IMG/VR virus record: IMGVR_UViG_3300021399_000009
Location: 1-64,000 of that record
DNA: 64,000 nucleotides
From: a virus
Taxonomy: Duplodnaviria; Caudoviricetes
Strand: one strand, 5' to 3'
Below, piece by piece: positions 54,895 to 64,000 of this stretch. The notes beneath the pieces are model-generated. The model searched no databases and was not told the DNA's origin. It saw only the letters and a list, made by a program, of their open reading frames with translations. The stretch's first letter is position 1; the number at the start of each line of letters is the position of its first letter. The translations under genes and the position numbers were made by a program.

Positions 54895-55171
54895 ATACAC
54901 CCACCTCGTTTCCATATCCGACAACTGCCGTATTTATTCCATCCGAGTCTTGACTAATCTCAACCTCAGTTTCTTCTACATATTCAAATTCATTAATAAA
55001 CCTTTGAGTTTTAATAAGTAGACAAGCTGTTATCAATAAGCAGATAACTAATATAGTAAATGCAATAACAAGTCCAATTGTCATCTTGGTCATATATTTA
55101 TCAAATCTTTGTTGTGCCAAAATATAATTATCTTTCCATTTTTTATTCTCACACGCTTTGCAATCAGACAT
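54872..55171 (-). CDS. Single-TM hypothetical protein
   Basis: GAGGTG RBS; central hydrophobic helix. Confidence 0.7.
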   Translation of the reverse strand: MSDCKACENKKWKDNYILAQQRFDKYMTKMTIGLVIAFTILVICLLITACLLIKTQRFINEFEYVEETEVEISQDSDGINTAVVGYGNEVGVYGTEDYS

Positions 55172-55184
55172 AATTATCACCTCT

Positions 55185-55439
55185 TTACTGCTTCAAAATC
55201 AAATTCATAATAGCCATAACAATAGCTCCTCCAGCAGTACCTAAAGTTGCATATACACCCTTTATGAGCATTGACATCTGAGAAGTTAATTTAGTCAATG
55301 TTATTTTTAACTCAGCCAGTTCTGTGGCTGAATCGGCATGACGTTCATTACAATCATCTTTACGAACAAATATTTCATTAGCTATTTCTGAACGCATATA
55401 TATATCGTCAAGTTTAGCTAAATCTTCTGGACTAAGCAT
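55185..55439 (-). CDS. Coiled-coil + C-terminal TM lysis-cassette protein (XhlA/holin-like)
   Basis: Architecture and position next to the endolysin. Confidence 0.55.
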   Translation of the reverse strand: MLSPEDLAKLDDIYMRSEIANEIFVRKDDCNERHADSATELAELKITLTKLTSQMSMLIKGVYATLGTAGGAIVMAIMNLILKQ

Positions 55440-55447
55440 AATACCCC

Positions 55448-56245
55448 TCACTTTCTTATTAATACATTCCAATCGCCACCGCCTAAATAACCAACTCCTA
55501 AACCATTATCTTCCTGCCACTTGTATATGGCACTCATAGTTTTATTGCCAGCTATTCCGTCAGCTTCGCCAGAATTATATCCAAGCTGATTAAGTCTGTC
55601 CTGTACCCATTTAATAAGATTTCCTTTATCACCATTTTCAACCGTATACTTTCTTACGGCAGTAAGTGTCTTGTTTCCAGCGATACCATCCACGACAAGA
55701 TTCGCTCCACCATTATTTAACGTCTGTTGCAAGGACGCTATATCTGCACCAGTCTCAATGTTTGAAGGCGATACCGTATTCTCTCCTGCAAATACAGTAC
55801 CTCTCTGAAATGTTTTAATCCAATCATTCTTAGGCGTATTGCCATAAGTATATTCATTGCCAAACCAATGATTAACTACAATGCCATTAATAGTGTATTT
55901 TTCACAATCACGGGTATCAACGTGACAACTATTTGGTAACATTAAACCTATACCACCGAAGCCAAGTCTTTCAGCTACTTCTGCAATGTCCCAAGAGGTA
56001 TACCAAGAACCATCTTTCTTCTGCACTTTTATATCAGCAGCTATACCTCTACGGTGAGCATCAGTTTTACTTCCCCACGGATTGTTCTCACAACGATAAC
56101 CTGAGTTGACGAATATAGCTTTCGCATCCATAATAGTAAACATCTTTTCAAGCCTGTTTATAAGAAGTTTAGACATAGCGTGTGAATGTCCGCAACACTC
56201 ACAGTTAAATTCGCTCTGCGAAAAATGAGTTGATAAATCTCCCAT
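55448..56245 (-). CDS. Endolysin: peptidase M15 domain + peptidoglycan-binding domains
   Basis: HFS.SEF.C.CC, NSGYRC, H..G.AADI, HVDTR; repeated DGIAG.KT. Confidence 0.9.
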   Translation of the reverse strand: MGDLSTHFSQSEFNCECCGHSHAMSKLLINRLEKMFTIMDAKAIFVNSGYRCENNPWGSKTDAHRRGIAADIKVQKKDGSWYTSWDIAEVAERLGFGGIGLMLPNSCHVDTRDCEKYTINGIVVNHWFGNEYTYGNTPKNDWIKTFQRGTVFAGENTVSPSNIETGADIASLQQTLNNGGANLVVDGIAGNKTLTAVRKYTVENGDKGNLIKWVQDRLNQLGYNSGEADGIAGNKTMSAIYKWQEDNGLGVGYLGGGDWNVLIRK

Positions 56246-56247
56246 AC

Positions 56248-56445
56248 TTATTCTCCTTTCTCATTATTCTTTTTGTTGTTCTGATAATTAAAGAAAAAAT
56301 TGTAACACATAGTTACTAAAATCAAAAATTCTTTTGACTCTATCTTACCCTCTGCGAATCCCCAACAGAGGAATATTGTAAGAAGTAGTGTAAGAATTGA
56401 TTTAAGGTCTATGAGTTTACAGATTTTTGCAAATAAATTTTTCAT
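56248..56445 (-). CDS. Putative holin
   Basis: 65 aa, two TM helices, basic C-terminus, upstream of the endolysin. Confidence 0.75.
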   Translation of the reverse strand: MKNLFAKICKLIDLKSILTLLLTIFLCWGFAEGKIESKEFLILVTMCYNFFFNYQNNKKNNEKGE

Positions 56446-56464
56446 AACACCACCTCGTTATAAT

Positions 56465-56492
56465 AAAAGAGGGTAGAATAAACTACCCTCTT
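56465..56492 (-). terminator. Intrinsic terminator between tail genes and lysis cassette
   Basis: aagagggtag/ctaccctctt followed by Ts on the minus strand. Confidence 0.65.
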
Positions 56493-56553
56493 GTTGTTTA
56501 ATATTGTTGTGATTGATTTTATCTTCCTGTGTAGTCACGGAGTTTGTAGAATA

Positions 56554-57456
56554 TTAGACCTTACTTGAATATGATGCATTTATTCTTATCTCGTTATATT
56601 CTTCCTTTGTATAATATGGAAATAAATTTCCGCTTGGAGTTATCAAAGCAAAGGAAGGTTCTTCTACACCATTTAATATATTTCTATATATACAAGGCAG
56701 TATATAACCTATTGAAGATGTTCCGCCGTTTGGAATATTTGCTACTGCATTTTCTTTTACAAGATGGTTTCCAGATGGAACACAAAAACTTGCACAAATT
56801 GTTACTATACCTCCAACAATTCTTGACTTATTATAATATATTGTCGAATTATTTAGAGATTTAAGTGATATTGGCTTAGCAAATTCACTTAACACATCAT
56901 CAATAGCGTTTATAAAATCAGTAGGCATAGCAACTTGCTTAGCTTTGATAATATAGTTGACACCTACGGCTTTGACTTCGGTAGTTTCACCATGACGACC
57001 AATGACAATTTCTCCAATAGTACCTACTCCTGATTGTCCATCGTCTGTCACAGGTACTATATGTATATCTCCACTTTGGTGATACGTGTTAGTCAAATGT
57101 GTTCTATGCATATGGTTTTGCACTCTATCCTCAACAAACTCGCCAAGAGAAACACCATCTGCATCATAGTGAACACTACTTTTTCCGCTTAAACCTACAC
57201 CCTTTGTTGTAGCTTCTCGTAAATCTGGAATATTAAATGTTGTGCTTCCATCACCTGTACCAAATGCTGTTCCAATGGCTTTAAATAAGTCTGCATACTC
57301 AGTTCTACTTACTGCTTGTCCTTGACACAAAAGCCAACCTGACGGAGCAGTAGTGCCACCATATGCTTGAATTGAACCTATCGGAGCATCTGCATATAAT
57401 GTTCCACCAGCAATTCTTTGTAAAGAACCGTCTTCTTTAACTACGTTTACACTCAT
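56554..57456 (-). CDS. Tail fibre protein with tail collar domain
   Basis: PIGSI..YGG..APSGWLLCQGQAVSRTEYADLF.AIG..FG.GDGSTTFN.PDLR; NYIIK. Confidence 0.9.
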   Translation of the reverse strand: MSVNVVKEDGSLQRIAGGTLYADAPIGSIQAYGGTTAPSGWLLCQGQAVSRTEYADLFKAIGTAFGTGDGSTTFNIPDLREATTKGVGLSGKSSVHYDADGVSLGEFVEDRVQNHMHRTHLTNTYHQSGDIHIVPVTDDGQSGVGTIGEIVIGRHGETTEVKAVGVNYIIKAKQVAMPTDFINAIDDVLSEFAKPISLKSLNNSTIYYNKSRIVGGIVTICASFCVPSGNHLVKENAVANIPNGGTSSIGYILPCIYRNILNGVEEPSFALITPSGNLFPYYTKEEYNEIRINASYSSKV

Positions 57457-57474
57457 ATTGTTTTACCTCCTTAA

Positions 57475-59298
57475 TTATACAGTATACGCTCCATATACTG
57501 TACCTGTAATATAAGAATTAACGGGGAATTGGTCACTACCCCAAGTACCTGTACTTCCATCTGTTTGATACATTCTTGCAGGTGTCCAAAATTGATTTGT
57601 AGCCGAAGCCATAGCACCAAAGCCCATATTATCAATAAAAACAGCACCAGTTGGTGTAAAAAATATCAAATTAGAATTGTTGCTTATTGGAGTTATATAT
57701 GGTATATCTGGTAGTAAAGTCTTTAATAAATCTCTATTTAAACCCCAATTAAAAGTAGATGTCATAGTATTCGTATTTATTCTGGCTGAAAATTTTATTT
57801 CAGCTATTCCATTTTTTAAAGTGATTGACACACGACCGTACCCTGTAATTTCACCTGCACTACTATTGATTATAAAGCCAGAACCCTCATAAGTTCGAGA
57901 TTGTACCTTTTGAAATTCATCATATACCGCATTACTTGTAACAGGGTGCATATCGCCATTAGTAACAGCATCCACTACAACATTTGGGTCACTCTCATCA
58001 TCAGTAATGTTTACTTGTTTATAAGTAAGTTTTTCTTCGGTGGTGAGTGCATCCCATTCTGCCTGAGTTCCAGTAAATTCCTTCGGTATATCTGAATATG
58101 TAGCCATACGTTCGGTAGTCTGATTTGCCTCATCTCCGGCATAATATACCGTACTGGGAAAATAAGAAGAAGAAAACAGTAAAGGAGGAGTGGCTGATAT
58201 ACTGGTATTTGTACTTGAAGTACCCGATTCACTTGAATCCCAATTAAGTTCATTTCTTACTGTATCTACATACATTAAAGCTAAAGTTTTTTCAGGAACA
58301 GAATAATGATTTGTCCAAGTCTCTCTATCCATATATAAATCAGGATATGTTTCTATATCTATACGGTTATTAGCTTGGTCTGGATGTACTGTAAAATATT
58401 GTGAAAGATATGCAACTTTTTCATCAAAAGACATTCCAGATGAAAAGTTTACTTCTATTGTACCAGCTTTGCCAGTAACAACCTCTTTAGTTCTATAAAA
58501 TGTGTTTTTTACATCTGCGGTTGGAAGTTCATTAACATCTATAATGGCTTCTGAATCGCCGCCTGTTTTAAGTTGAATTAATGTCTGTGTTTTAGAATTT
58601 CCAACATAATACAGCTGATTAATTACTCCTTTTCTACAAGGCTTTTCAATATTATTAAACACAGAAACGCTACCGCCTACATAGATTATACCAACATTAC
58701 CAGCTCTGGGAGCTATAGCTTTTATTTCTATCCATTGATTATCCTCATACAAGTAAAGCATAGAGGTTGGAATAGCAAATAAGTATTCTAAATAACCCGA
58801 CTCAGCAGGAGATAACCATTCGTGAGGTATAGAAGGTTCGGCATTGAGAAAATCCTCAATTGATTGTTTGGTTTCATTTACAGTAGTTCCCCTAATACAA
58901 AATGTTGTATCAACATAAGTTATTTCATCTTTAATTACATATATTAAATCCTTAATGTTTCCAGCGGTGGGTAATTCTTCCACGTATTCCACAGCAGTAT
59001 TAGGACTTACTTCTAATTGATTCCAGTTATACGTACCATTACTTTGTACACACTCATAGAAATAGCCTTTAGTATAAGTTCCACTCTCACCAGTATACTG
59101 ATAAATATTTCCTAATTCGTCAGCACTTGCAAGAGGAAGTTCTTCTTTCTGAATACTCTGTCCGTCAAATGTTTTTTCACTCAGTCTTGTTCCGTCTGCA
59201 AACCATACATCTTCTGCATAAGCAACAGGGAATGTTCCTAAATGTTCACTATCTACATAGTTATTAGGTCTTGCTGTATCTGCTAATTTAACTGCCAT
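57475..59298 (-). CDS. Putative tail fibre/receptor-binding protein
   Basis: Repeated xELP modules, FTGTQAEWDAL, PVTSNAVY; in the tail operon. Confidence 0.7.
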   Translation of the reverse strand: MAVKLADTARPNNYVDSEHLGTFPVAYAEDVWFADGTRLSEKTFDGQSIQKEELPLASADELGNIYQYTGESGTYTKGYFYECVQSNGTYNWNQLEVSPNTAVEYVEELPTAGNIKDLIYVIKDEITYVDTTFCIRGTTVNETKQSIEDFLNAEPSIPHEWLSPAESGYLEYLFAIPTSMLYLYEDNQWIEIKAIAPRAGNVGIIYVGGSVSVFNNIEKPCRKGVINQLYYVGNSKTQTLIQLKTGGDSEAIIDVNELPTADVKNTFYRTKEVVTGKAGTIEVNFSSGMSFDEKVAYLSQYFTVHPDQANNRIDIETYPDLYMDRETWTNHYSVPEKTLALMYVDTVRNELNWDSSESGTSSTNTSISATPPLLFSSSYFPSTVYYAGDEANQTTERMATYSDIPKEFTGTQAEWDALTTEEKLTYKQVNITDDESDPNVVVDAVTNGDMHPVTSNAVYDEFQKVQSRTYEGSGFIINSSAGEITGYGRVSITLKNGIAEIKFSARINTNTMTSTFNWGLNRDLLKTLLPDIPYITPISNNSNLIFFTPTGAVFIDNMGFGAMASATNQFWTPARMYQTDGSTGTWGSDQFPVNSYITGTVYGAYTV

Positions 59299-59317
59299 TT
59301 ATTTCTCACCTCTCTTA

Positions 59318-60886
59318 TTAACTTACAACAGCAGTCAGTGTTCCCAAACTTGGCTGATGAAGTCTTACTATCTTATAGGTTGTTGTATATCCACTTGCAT
59401 TTGTAAATGAACGTGAAGCAACAACGGTATCAAGGTCTGTATCAAATCCATTTACCTTTACGCTTATAGACATTCCAGTAGGAATAGCCCAATAACAATA
59501 CTGTCCTGTTCCTGCGGTAAAGTTATATGAACCCTTTGCGTTTGTAGCTAACTTGTTTCCACTAAGTCCAAGAATCCACGCATCTGTATAATTGTCTTGG
59601 TCTGCACTTACACCCCAATAAACCTTGTTCATAAACTGGAATGAAATAGATTTTGTTGCTGTCTTTTCACCATCACCACAAGTAAGAGTAAATGTCTTAT
59701 TAGCAGAAATGTCATTAGCATAAGTAGCTGTTCTTACTGTCTCGTCAGCAAGTGTACAATCTGTAAGTGTCTGACTTGTCATATCCTTATTGTAAGTCCA
59801 GTTGAATACAACACCACCTGTGATAACCGCACCATTTTCATACTGTAATGTAGAAGGTGTAGATGTGAAAGAAGAAATCTGAGGGTCAATGTAATACAGC
59901 TTTACAAAGATAGCATCAAGTGCAAGGTCTACGTTGGTATAAGTAGGGAAGTCCGCATTTGTATAGCTTACATTCTCTGCACTACCACCAAGAGTAGATA
60001 AGGGAGCGAGTGTTATATCTCCGTTTTCATCTGTGATAACTGCTTTATTCGCATTGGTTGAACCCTGTGACGTACTTACCTTACCATTTATTTCTGTTTC
60101 AATAAGTGTCTGTAATGCTTTCATAGCGGCAATATCAGGTACTTTGTTTGTAACAACTTCTTCACCAGTATATGTGCTTACTACATCAGTAGTCTTTGAA
60201 ACATATTCATCAAATGAAATTGAGCCTGCACTAACGATAGTTGTCCATTCTCCATCAATAAGAATAGACTGCATAAGTTTGTCGCTATCCTCATAATAGA
60301 ACCATATAGAACCAGCATCAATTGTGTGGCTTACTCCACCCTTGACATAAGTAATCTTATCTGTTGTGCTGTCATAAGTAGGCATAGCATCACACTTAAT
60401 TGCTTCATCTACATTAAGCAAAGCTATCTGTTCGTCAGTATAAGTATTTGCATCAGAAACTCCCTGTGCTACTTTACTATCAACAGAGCCAGTAACAGTT
60501 GAATCGCTATTAAGAGTTGCTATATCTTCTTTATTCTGTTGTACCTGTGCTTTTTCTGTATCATCATAATCATTAGTCGAAAGACCTTTACCAGTTTCCT
60601 TTTCAACATACTGCTCTAAGAAAGCATTAATTTCTGACTTAGTATAATAATTCAAAAGGTCAGCAGAACCGCCACTTAATACTCTCCACTTACCTGTTTC
60701 GTCATCAATTGTGTTTGCCTTGTTAAAAAGATAAGGCAATCCAGTTTCAACACACGTTGCTATAAAAAGACTTGGTAAATAATTCTCATTATATTCTCGC
60801 ATATCAGCGAGAGTTTCAAACATATCTCTCTTGACATTAGGAGAAGATTTTCTAATGTCAAAGTTATCTAACATACTAACAGCCAT
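59318..60886 (-). CDS. Putative virion structural (fibre) protein
   Basis: YYTKSEI, GKGLSTNDY; Ig-like C-terminal region. Confidence 0.7.
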   Translation of the reverse strand: MAVSMLDNFDIRKSSPNVKRDMFETLADMREYNENYLPSLFIATCVETGLPYLFNKANTIDDETGKWRVLSGGSADLLNYYTKSEINAFLEQYVEKETGKGLSTNDYDDTEKAQVQQNKEDIATLNSDSTVTGSVDSKVAQGVSDANTYTDEQIALLNVDEAIKCDAMPTYDSTTDKITYVKGGVSHTIDAGSIWFYYEDSDKLMQSILIDGEWTTIVSAGSISFDEYVSKTTDVVSTYTGEEVVTNKVPDIAAMKALQTLIETEINGKVSTSQGSTNANKAVITDENGDITLAPLSTLGGSAENVSYTNADFPTYTNVDLALDAIFVKLYYIDPQISSFTSTPSTLQYENGAVITGGVVFNWTYNKDMTSQTLTDCTLADETVRTATYANDISANKTFTLTCGDGEKTATKSISFQFMNKVYWGVSADQDNYTDAWILGLSGNKLATNAKGSYNFTAGTGQYCYWAIPTGMSISVKVNGFDTDLDTVVASRSFTNASGYTTTYKIVRLHQPSLGTLTAVVS

Positions 60887-60900
60887 TTATAAATCCCTCC

Positions 60901-61923
60901 TTACTTAAATGTTATCTGATTATCTTCCGCTGCTGTTGGTTCGATTAATGTATAACAATAATAATCTATACCATCAACTGATACTTCGCTTCTCTGGAAT
61001 GAATCCCAGTAGTTGATATTGTTGATTTCATCCTTGATACTTGTTAAAGCACCAAATGACTTAGGATAAGCATAGAATACTTTACCCCAATTGGTAGTAA
61101 TTCCACTATAAGTATAAGCCTTTGTATCTTTCAGCACACTTGAACCACTCTTAATAACAGTCTCGTCAGGGTCACTTACACTTGCATCACAAATACCGTA
61201 ATAAGATTTGCCAACAAATTTGATTGTCACAGTAGAACTTGTTGACTGCTGTCCGTCAGTTGTCATTGCCTTAAATGTAACATCTGATTTAATAGGTGTA
61301 GTAGGTGTATACTGATACTGAAAATTACCACCATCAGCAACACCAGTTGTGACCTCATTAAGTAAAGTATCGCCTACATAGAACGATACCTTTGTGACAG
61401 GCTTGCTCTTTTTAGTTACAGCACCTTTAAGAAGAATAGTAGATATACTATCGTTCACAATATCATACAACTTTGTAGCAGGCGTTGTTGAAAGCACAAC
61501 CGTAGGTGGCTGATACTTTACAAGCATATCTTTTACCACTTTCCAAACAGGAGTGTTTACAGAAATAGTCTGACCAGAATTAATACTTCCTTGACTCTCT
61601 GTAGTAACAAAAGATTCAGGGAACTTGTCTGTAACAGTTATTGCACCAGCATCAATAGTTGAACCGTCAGAGAATGTAAATATTAAATGATTGTTCGCAT
61701 TTATAGAAGCGTTTGTAATAGAAATACCCTGTTCACCATCTTTGACAAGCATTTGAGTTGTCTGTACAGTACCAGAATCGCCAGTCCAACGAAAGGTTAC
61801 AAGATGTCCATTATCTACATCTGTGATAGACTGAATTGTACAAGGCTTTCCTCTAACTGCACCAAGTCCCTCTGCTGTTTTACGAACATAAGCTTGACAT
61901 AATGCGTATGTTACAATATCCAT
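60901..61923 (-). CDS. Putative virion structural protein
   Basis: DG.QGISIT..I..NNHLIFT.SDG..IDAG; C-terminus similar to the downstream gene. Confidence 0.7.
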   Translation of the reverse strand: MDIVTYALCQAYVRKTAEGLGAVRGKPCTIQSITDVDNGHLVTFRWTGDSGTVQTTQMLVKDGEQGISITNASINANNHLIFTFSDGSTIDAGAITVTDKFPESFVTTESQGSINSGQTISVNTPVWKVVKDMLVKYQPPTVVLSTTPATKLYDIVNDSISTILLKGAVTKKSKPVTKVSFYVGDTLLNEVTTGVADGGNFQYQYTPTTPIKSDVTFKAMTTDGQQSTSSTVTIKFVGKSYYGICDASVSDPDETVIKSGSSVLKDTKAYTYSGITTNWGKVFYAYPKSFGALTSIKDEINNINYWDSFQRSEVSVDGIDYYCYTLIEPTAAEDNQITFK

Positions 61924-61939
61924 TCAATCACTTCCTTTC

Positions 61940-62134
61940 TTACTGCTCAATCCAAGTCTGAGCTTCTGCATTATAAAAAAACACAGTGCCAGTATCTATC
62001 TCTAAAAAAGCACTACCAGTTAGTATGGGATAGCCTTCATAAAAATCAATTGGTTTAATATCGCTTGATAATCCACGAAATTCAAGTACGGGAGCATTGG
62101 TATGCTCTCCTATTTTTGTCATTGTAATTGCCAT
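61940..62134 (-). CDS. Small structural-module protein
   Basis: AAGGAG RBS before ATG 62134; GLSSD.KP..GS.F.E.DTG...Y......W. Confidence 0.7.
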   Translation of the reverse strand: MAITMTKIGEHTNAPVLEFRGLSSDIKPIDFYEGYPILTGSAFLEIDTGTVFFYNAEAQTWIEQ

Positions 62135-62150
62135 AATAACTCTCCTTTCT

Positions 62151-63377
62151 TTAATCTGGATAAAATTTAATCCTGCACCCTTCTGGAAACGATGTAGGAT
62201 AATACTCGCAATCGCTTGCAATAACTACTAATTTTAATTTAGTTTTTGAAAATGCATAACGTCCTATTTTCTTACAACTTCTGGGAATAACAACTTCCGA
62301 AAGATTAATGGCATTAGCAAAAGCTCCAACTAAAACTTTTTCTGGCATGAAGTTATTAGTTAAACCTTTATATTCGCTGATATACCATTGTGCTAAAGGT
62401 CTACCTTCTTTGTGTTGTAATTCTGGTATTAATTCCGATGTTATATTTCCGTCATGCTCTACCCTAAAGTATGATTTCGGATAAGGTTTAGTCATCTCAG
62501 AATTAGCAGTAGTATAGAAATTATTACAAGTTAATTCATTATCTTTTATGTGCCATATATAATCTGTTTCATAACTTATATCGGAATATAATAGTTCTAT
62601 CTGTACGTTATCTGTTATGTAACCCATGTCAATAACCAGATAGGCTAATCCAGAATAGTCCGCAGTAATAGTTATGCTATAATCTCTTAACACGCTACTG
62701 GCTTCTGATGATACAGCAGTTCTGCTTAAAATCTGATAGTCAGTTATCTGTCCACTACCAGAGGGTTCATTTTTTGTTATAGCGATATAATCTTTATTAT
62801 CACCATACTGGCAAGTAAAACCAGTAGGACTACAGAATTTCAATGAAAAACTTAGGGATAAGCCTTGTGTAACAGTTACAGGAAAGTATATTCTCTCACA
62901 ACCACCCCCACCTGTAAATGTTAAGGTGTTTAAACCATCAGAATAAACGTTATCAAACTGTGTAAAACCAGCAGAGTTTTTTATCCAGTTATCAATATCT
63001 TTTATTCCAGTATCAGATTCTACGATTTCCGCATTACAACTTACAATATCTGACGGAGTTATATTAGTCCCATCGGATTTGCTCAAAACTACACGAAAGT
63101 ATTTTGCAGTTGGGTAATTAGTAATGTCAATACTCTCCCCATTGTCAACCCAACCAGAATCCCACAAAGCTCGATTAGTCGTAGAATCTGCGTATAACAT
63201 AACATTTGTTTTTATGTTACTATTACTTTCTGCGGTAATTTTTATTTGTTGACCAAAATTTACCGTATATCTTCCAGCAGACCTCACTCTGTTGGAAGAA
63301 CTTTGATTGCCATAATCATCAATTGTTCCTTGCTCTATGTCTGTTATATCTATTAACCTTGTCGACATATTAATCAC
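62151..63377 (-). CDS. Putative tail protein with C-terminal BspA/LRR_5-type repeat
   Basis: GAFANAINLSEVVIP.S...IG.YAF..T.L..V.I. Confidence 0.7.
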   Translation of the reverse strand: MINMSTRLIDITDIEQGTIDDYGNQSSSNRVRSAGRYTVNFGQQIKITAESNSNIKTNVMLYADSTTNRALWDSGWVDNGESIDITNYPTAKYFRVVLSKSDGTNITPSDIVSCNAEIVESDTGIKDIDNWIKNSAGFTQFDNVYSDGLNTLTFTGGGGCERIYFPVTVTQGLSLSFSLKFCSPTGFTCQYGDNKDYIAITKNEPSGSGQITDYQILSRTAVSSEASSVLRDYSITITADYSGLAYLVIDMGYITDNVQIELLYSDISYETDYIWHIKDNELTCNNFYTTANSEMTKPYPKSYFRVEHDGNITSELIPELQHKEGRPLAQWYISEYKGLTNNFMPEKVLVGAFANAINLSEVVIPRSCKKIGRYAFSKTKLKLVVIASDCEYYPTSFPEGCRIKFYPD

Positions 63378-63999
63378 CTACTGGAAATCCGACACTTCTC
63401 AAATAAGAAGCGTCTTGCAATTGTAATGTGGTAACACCTGTCATTCCAACATAAGTTGTTCCAGTCGGAAGTTTATCTGTATTAATTATATACGGATTAT
63501 GACTATGACCATTATCATAATTAAACCTTGCATTTTGATACTCGGTGACATCCATATCAATGACATTGGTAGTGGAACTACCATCCGAGGGAAACAGAGG
63601 ATAGTCCGAATTGGCTACACCTTTCAACGTTCCAGTTATTTTACAATTAAGTATCTTATTACCATAAGTACTTCCAAATAACTGGCTCGGTAAACCATAA
63701 AAATCAAATAGACAAAATTGATAATACTTATTACTATCATTTAATGCATTTTCTATGAAAGATGCGGAAGTACCAAAAGTGATGCTAAACGTTGTAGATT
63801 TAAAAGCTGGGCTACCATTTACTCCGCAAAAAGTCCCACGAGTAATAAAACCACTGAATTGTACATTGTCTGTTAATAAGCGGTCACTACCACTATTAGG
63901 AGTAATAACCCCGTAGTAATCAGTGCTTTCTGAATAAAAGTTTAAAAAATTTATATTTTTTATGGTAGAATTTCCCGCAAATCTTAACCCACACGTATC
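63370..63999 (-). CDS. 3' part of a putative tail protein (runs off the window)
   Basis: Frame is open from 63999 to TAA at 63370; the ORF track shows only its last 85 aa. Confidence 0.7.
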   Translation of the reverse strand, partial: DTCGLRFAGNSTIKNINFLNFYSESTDYYGVITPNSGSDRLLTDNVQFSGFITRGTFCGVNGSPAFKSTTFSITFGTSASFIENALNDSNKYYQFCLFDFYGLPSQLFGSTYGNKILNCKITGTLKGVANSDYPLFPSDGSSTTNVIDMDVTEYQNARFNYDNGHSHNPYIINTDKLPTGTTYVGMTGVTTLQLQDASYLRSVGFPVGD

Positions 64000-64000
64000 A

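Larger units (their letters stand above)
1..64000. mobile_element. Segment of a large temperate (SPbeta-like organisation) bacteriophage genome
   Basis: Dense small ORFs, phage replication operon (SSB-AAA-helicase-primase-RecJ-DnaE), YopX genes, serine integrase, holin/endolysin, tail-collar genes; no host housekeeping operons. Confidence 0.95.

Noticed and set aside
1-64000. CRISPR array or cas genes
   Set aside because: No regularly spaced 25-40-bp direct repeats with unique spacers seen; the repeated motifs are promoter-associated; no Cas motifs
56554-64000. Diversity-generating retroelement acting on tail fibres
   Set aside because: No reverse transcriptase and no TR/VR pair differing at adenines found in this window
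1-64000. Alternative genetic code or stop-codon recoding
   Set aside because: All large conserved genes are intact under the standard code and no suppressor tRNA is present

Overview
The whole window reads as a 64-kb segment of a large, AT-rich temperate phage with SPbeta-like gene order. The host is probably an anaerobic Bacillota (Clostridia-type), inferred from a Gram-positive LexA box, class III RNR, a ferredoxin:thioredoxin reductase-like gene and sigma-A promoters. The + strand (1-52.9 kb) carries: small early ORFs; a lysis/lysogeny switch region (XRE regulator, intact tyrosine recombinase, SOS-box gene, catalytically degenerate tyrosine-recombinase-fold protein); a tRNA/ncRNA cluster with an HNH endonuclease; a radical-SAM module; an RNA ligase; dozens of small accessory ORFs; a replication operon (SSB-like, AAA ATPase, DnaB-like helicase, primase, RecJ, intein-containing DnaE, intein-containing RecD2); IscS; a SleB-like hydrolase; an HPr-like gene; and nucleotide-metabolism genes (ThyX, NMP kinase, NrdH-like, NrdD/NrdG, FTR-like, HAD nucleotidase, dUTPase). 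The - strand (52.9-64 kb) carries a large serine recombinase, lysis genes and tail/receptor-binding genes. Phage genes lie on both sides of the integrase, which suggests the excised or virion configuration. The most notable unexplained items are: (i) two proteins sharing an IRxGxFETNSSSVHSI N-terminus directly upstream of a radical SAM enzyme; (ii) a 76-nt CCA-ending non-cloverleaf RNA abutting tRNA-Lys, followed by a pseudoknot/anti-SD region; (iii) a 16-bp motif present 10 times at four strong promoters, next to a dead-recombinase repressor candidate; (iv) 6-6-6 palindromes at small-gene junctions; (v) stand-alone fragments resembling terminase, ABC-ATPase and tape-measure domains. All calls come from motif reading by eye; no searches were run.
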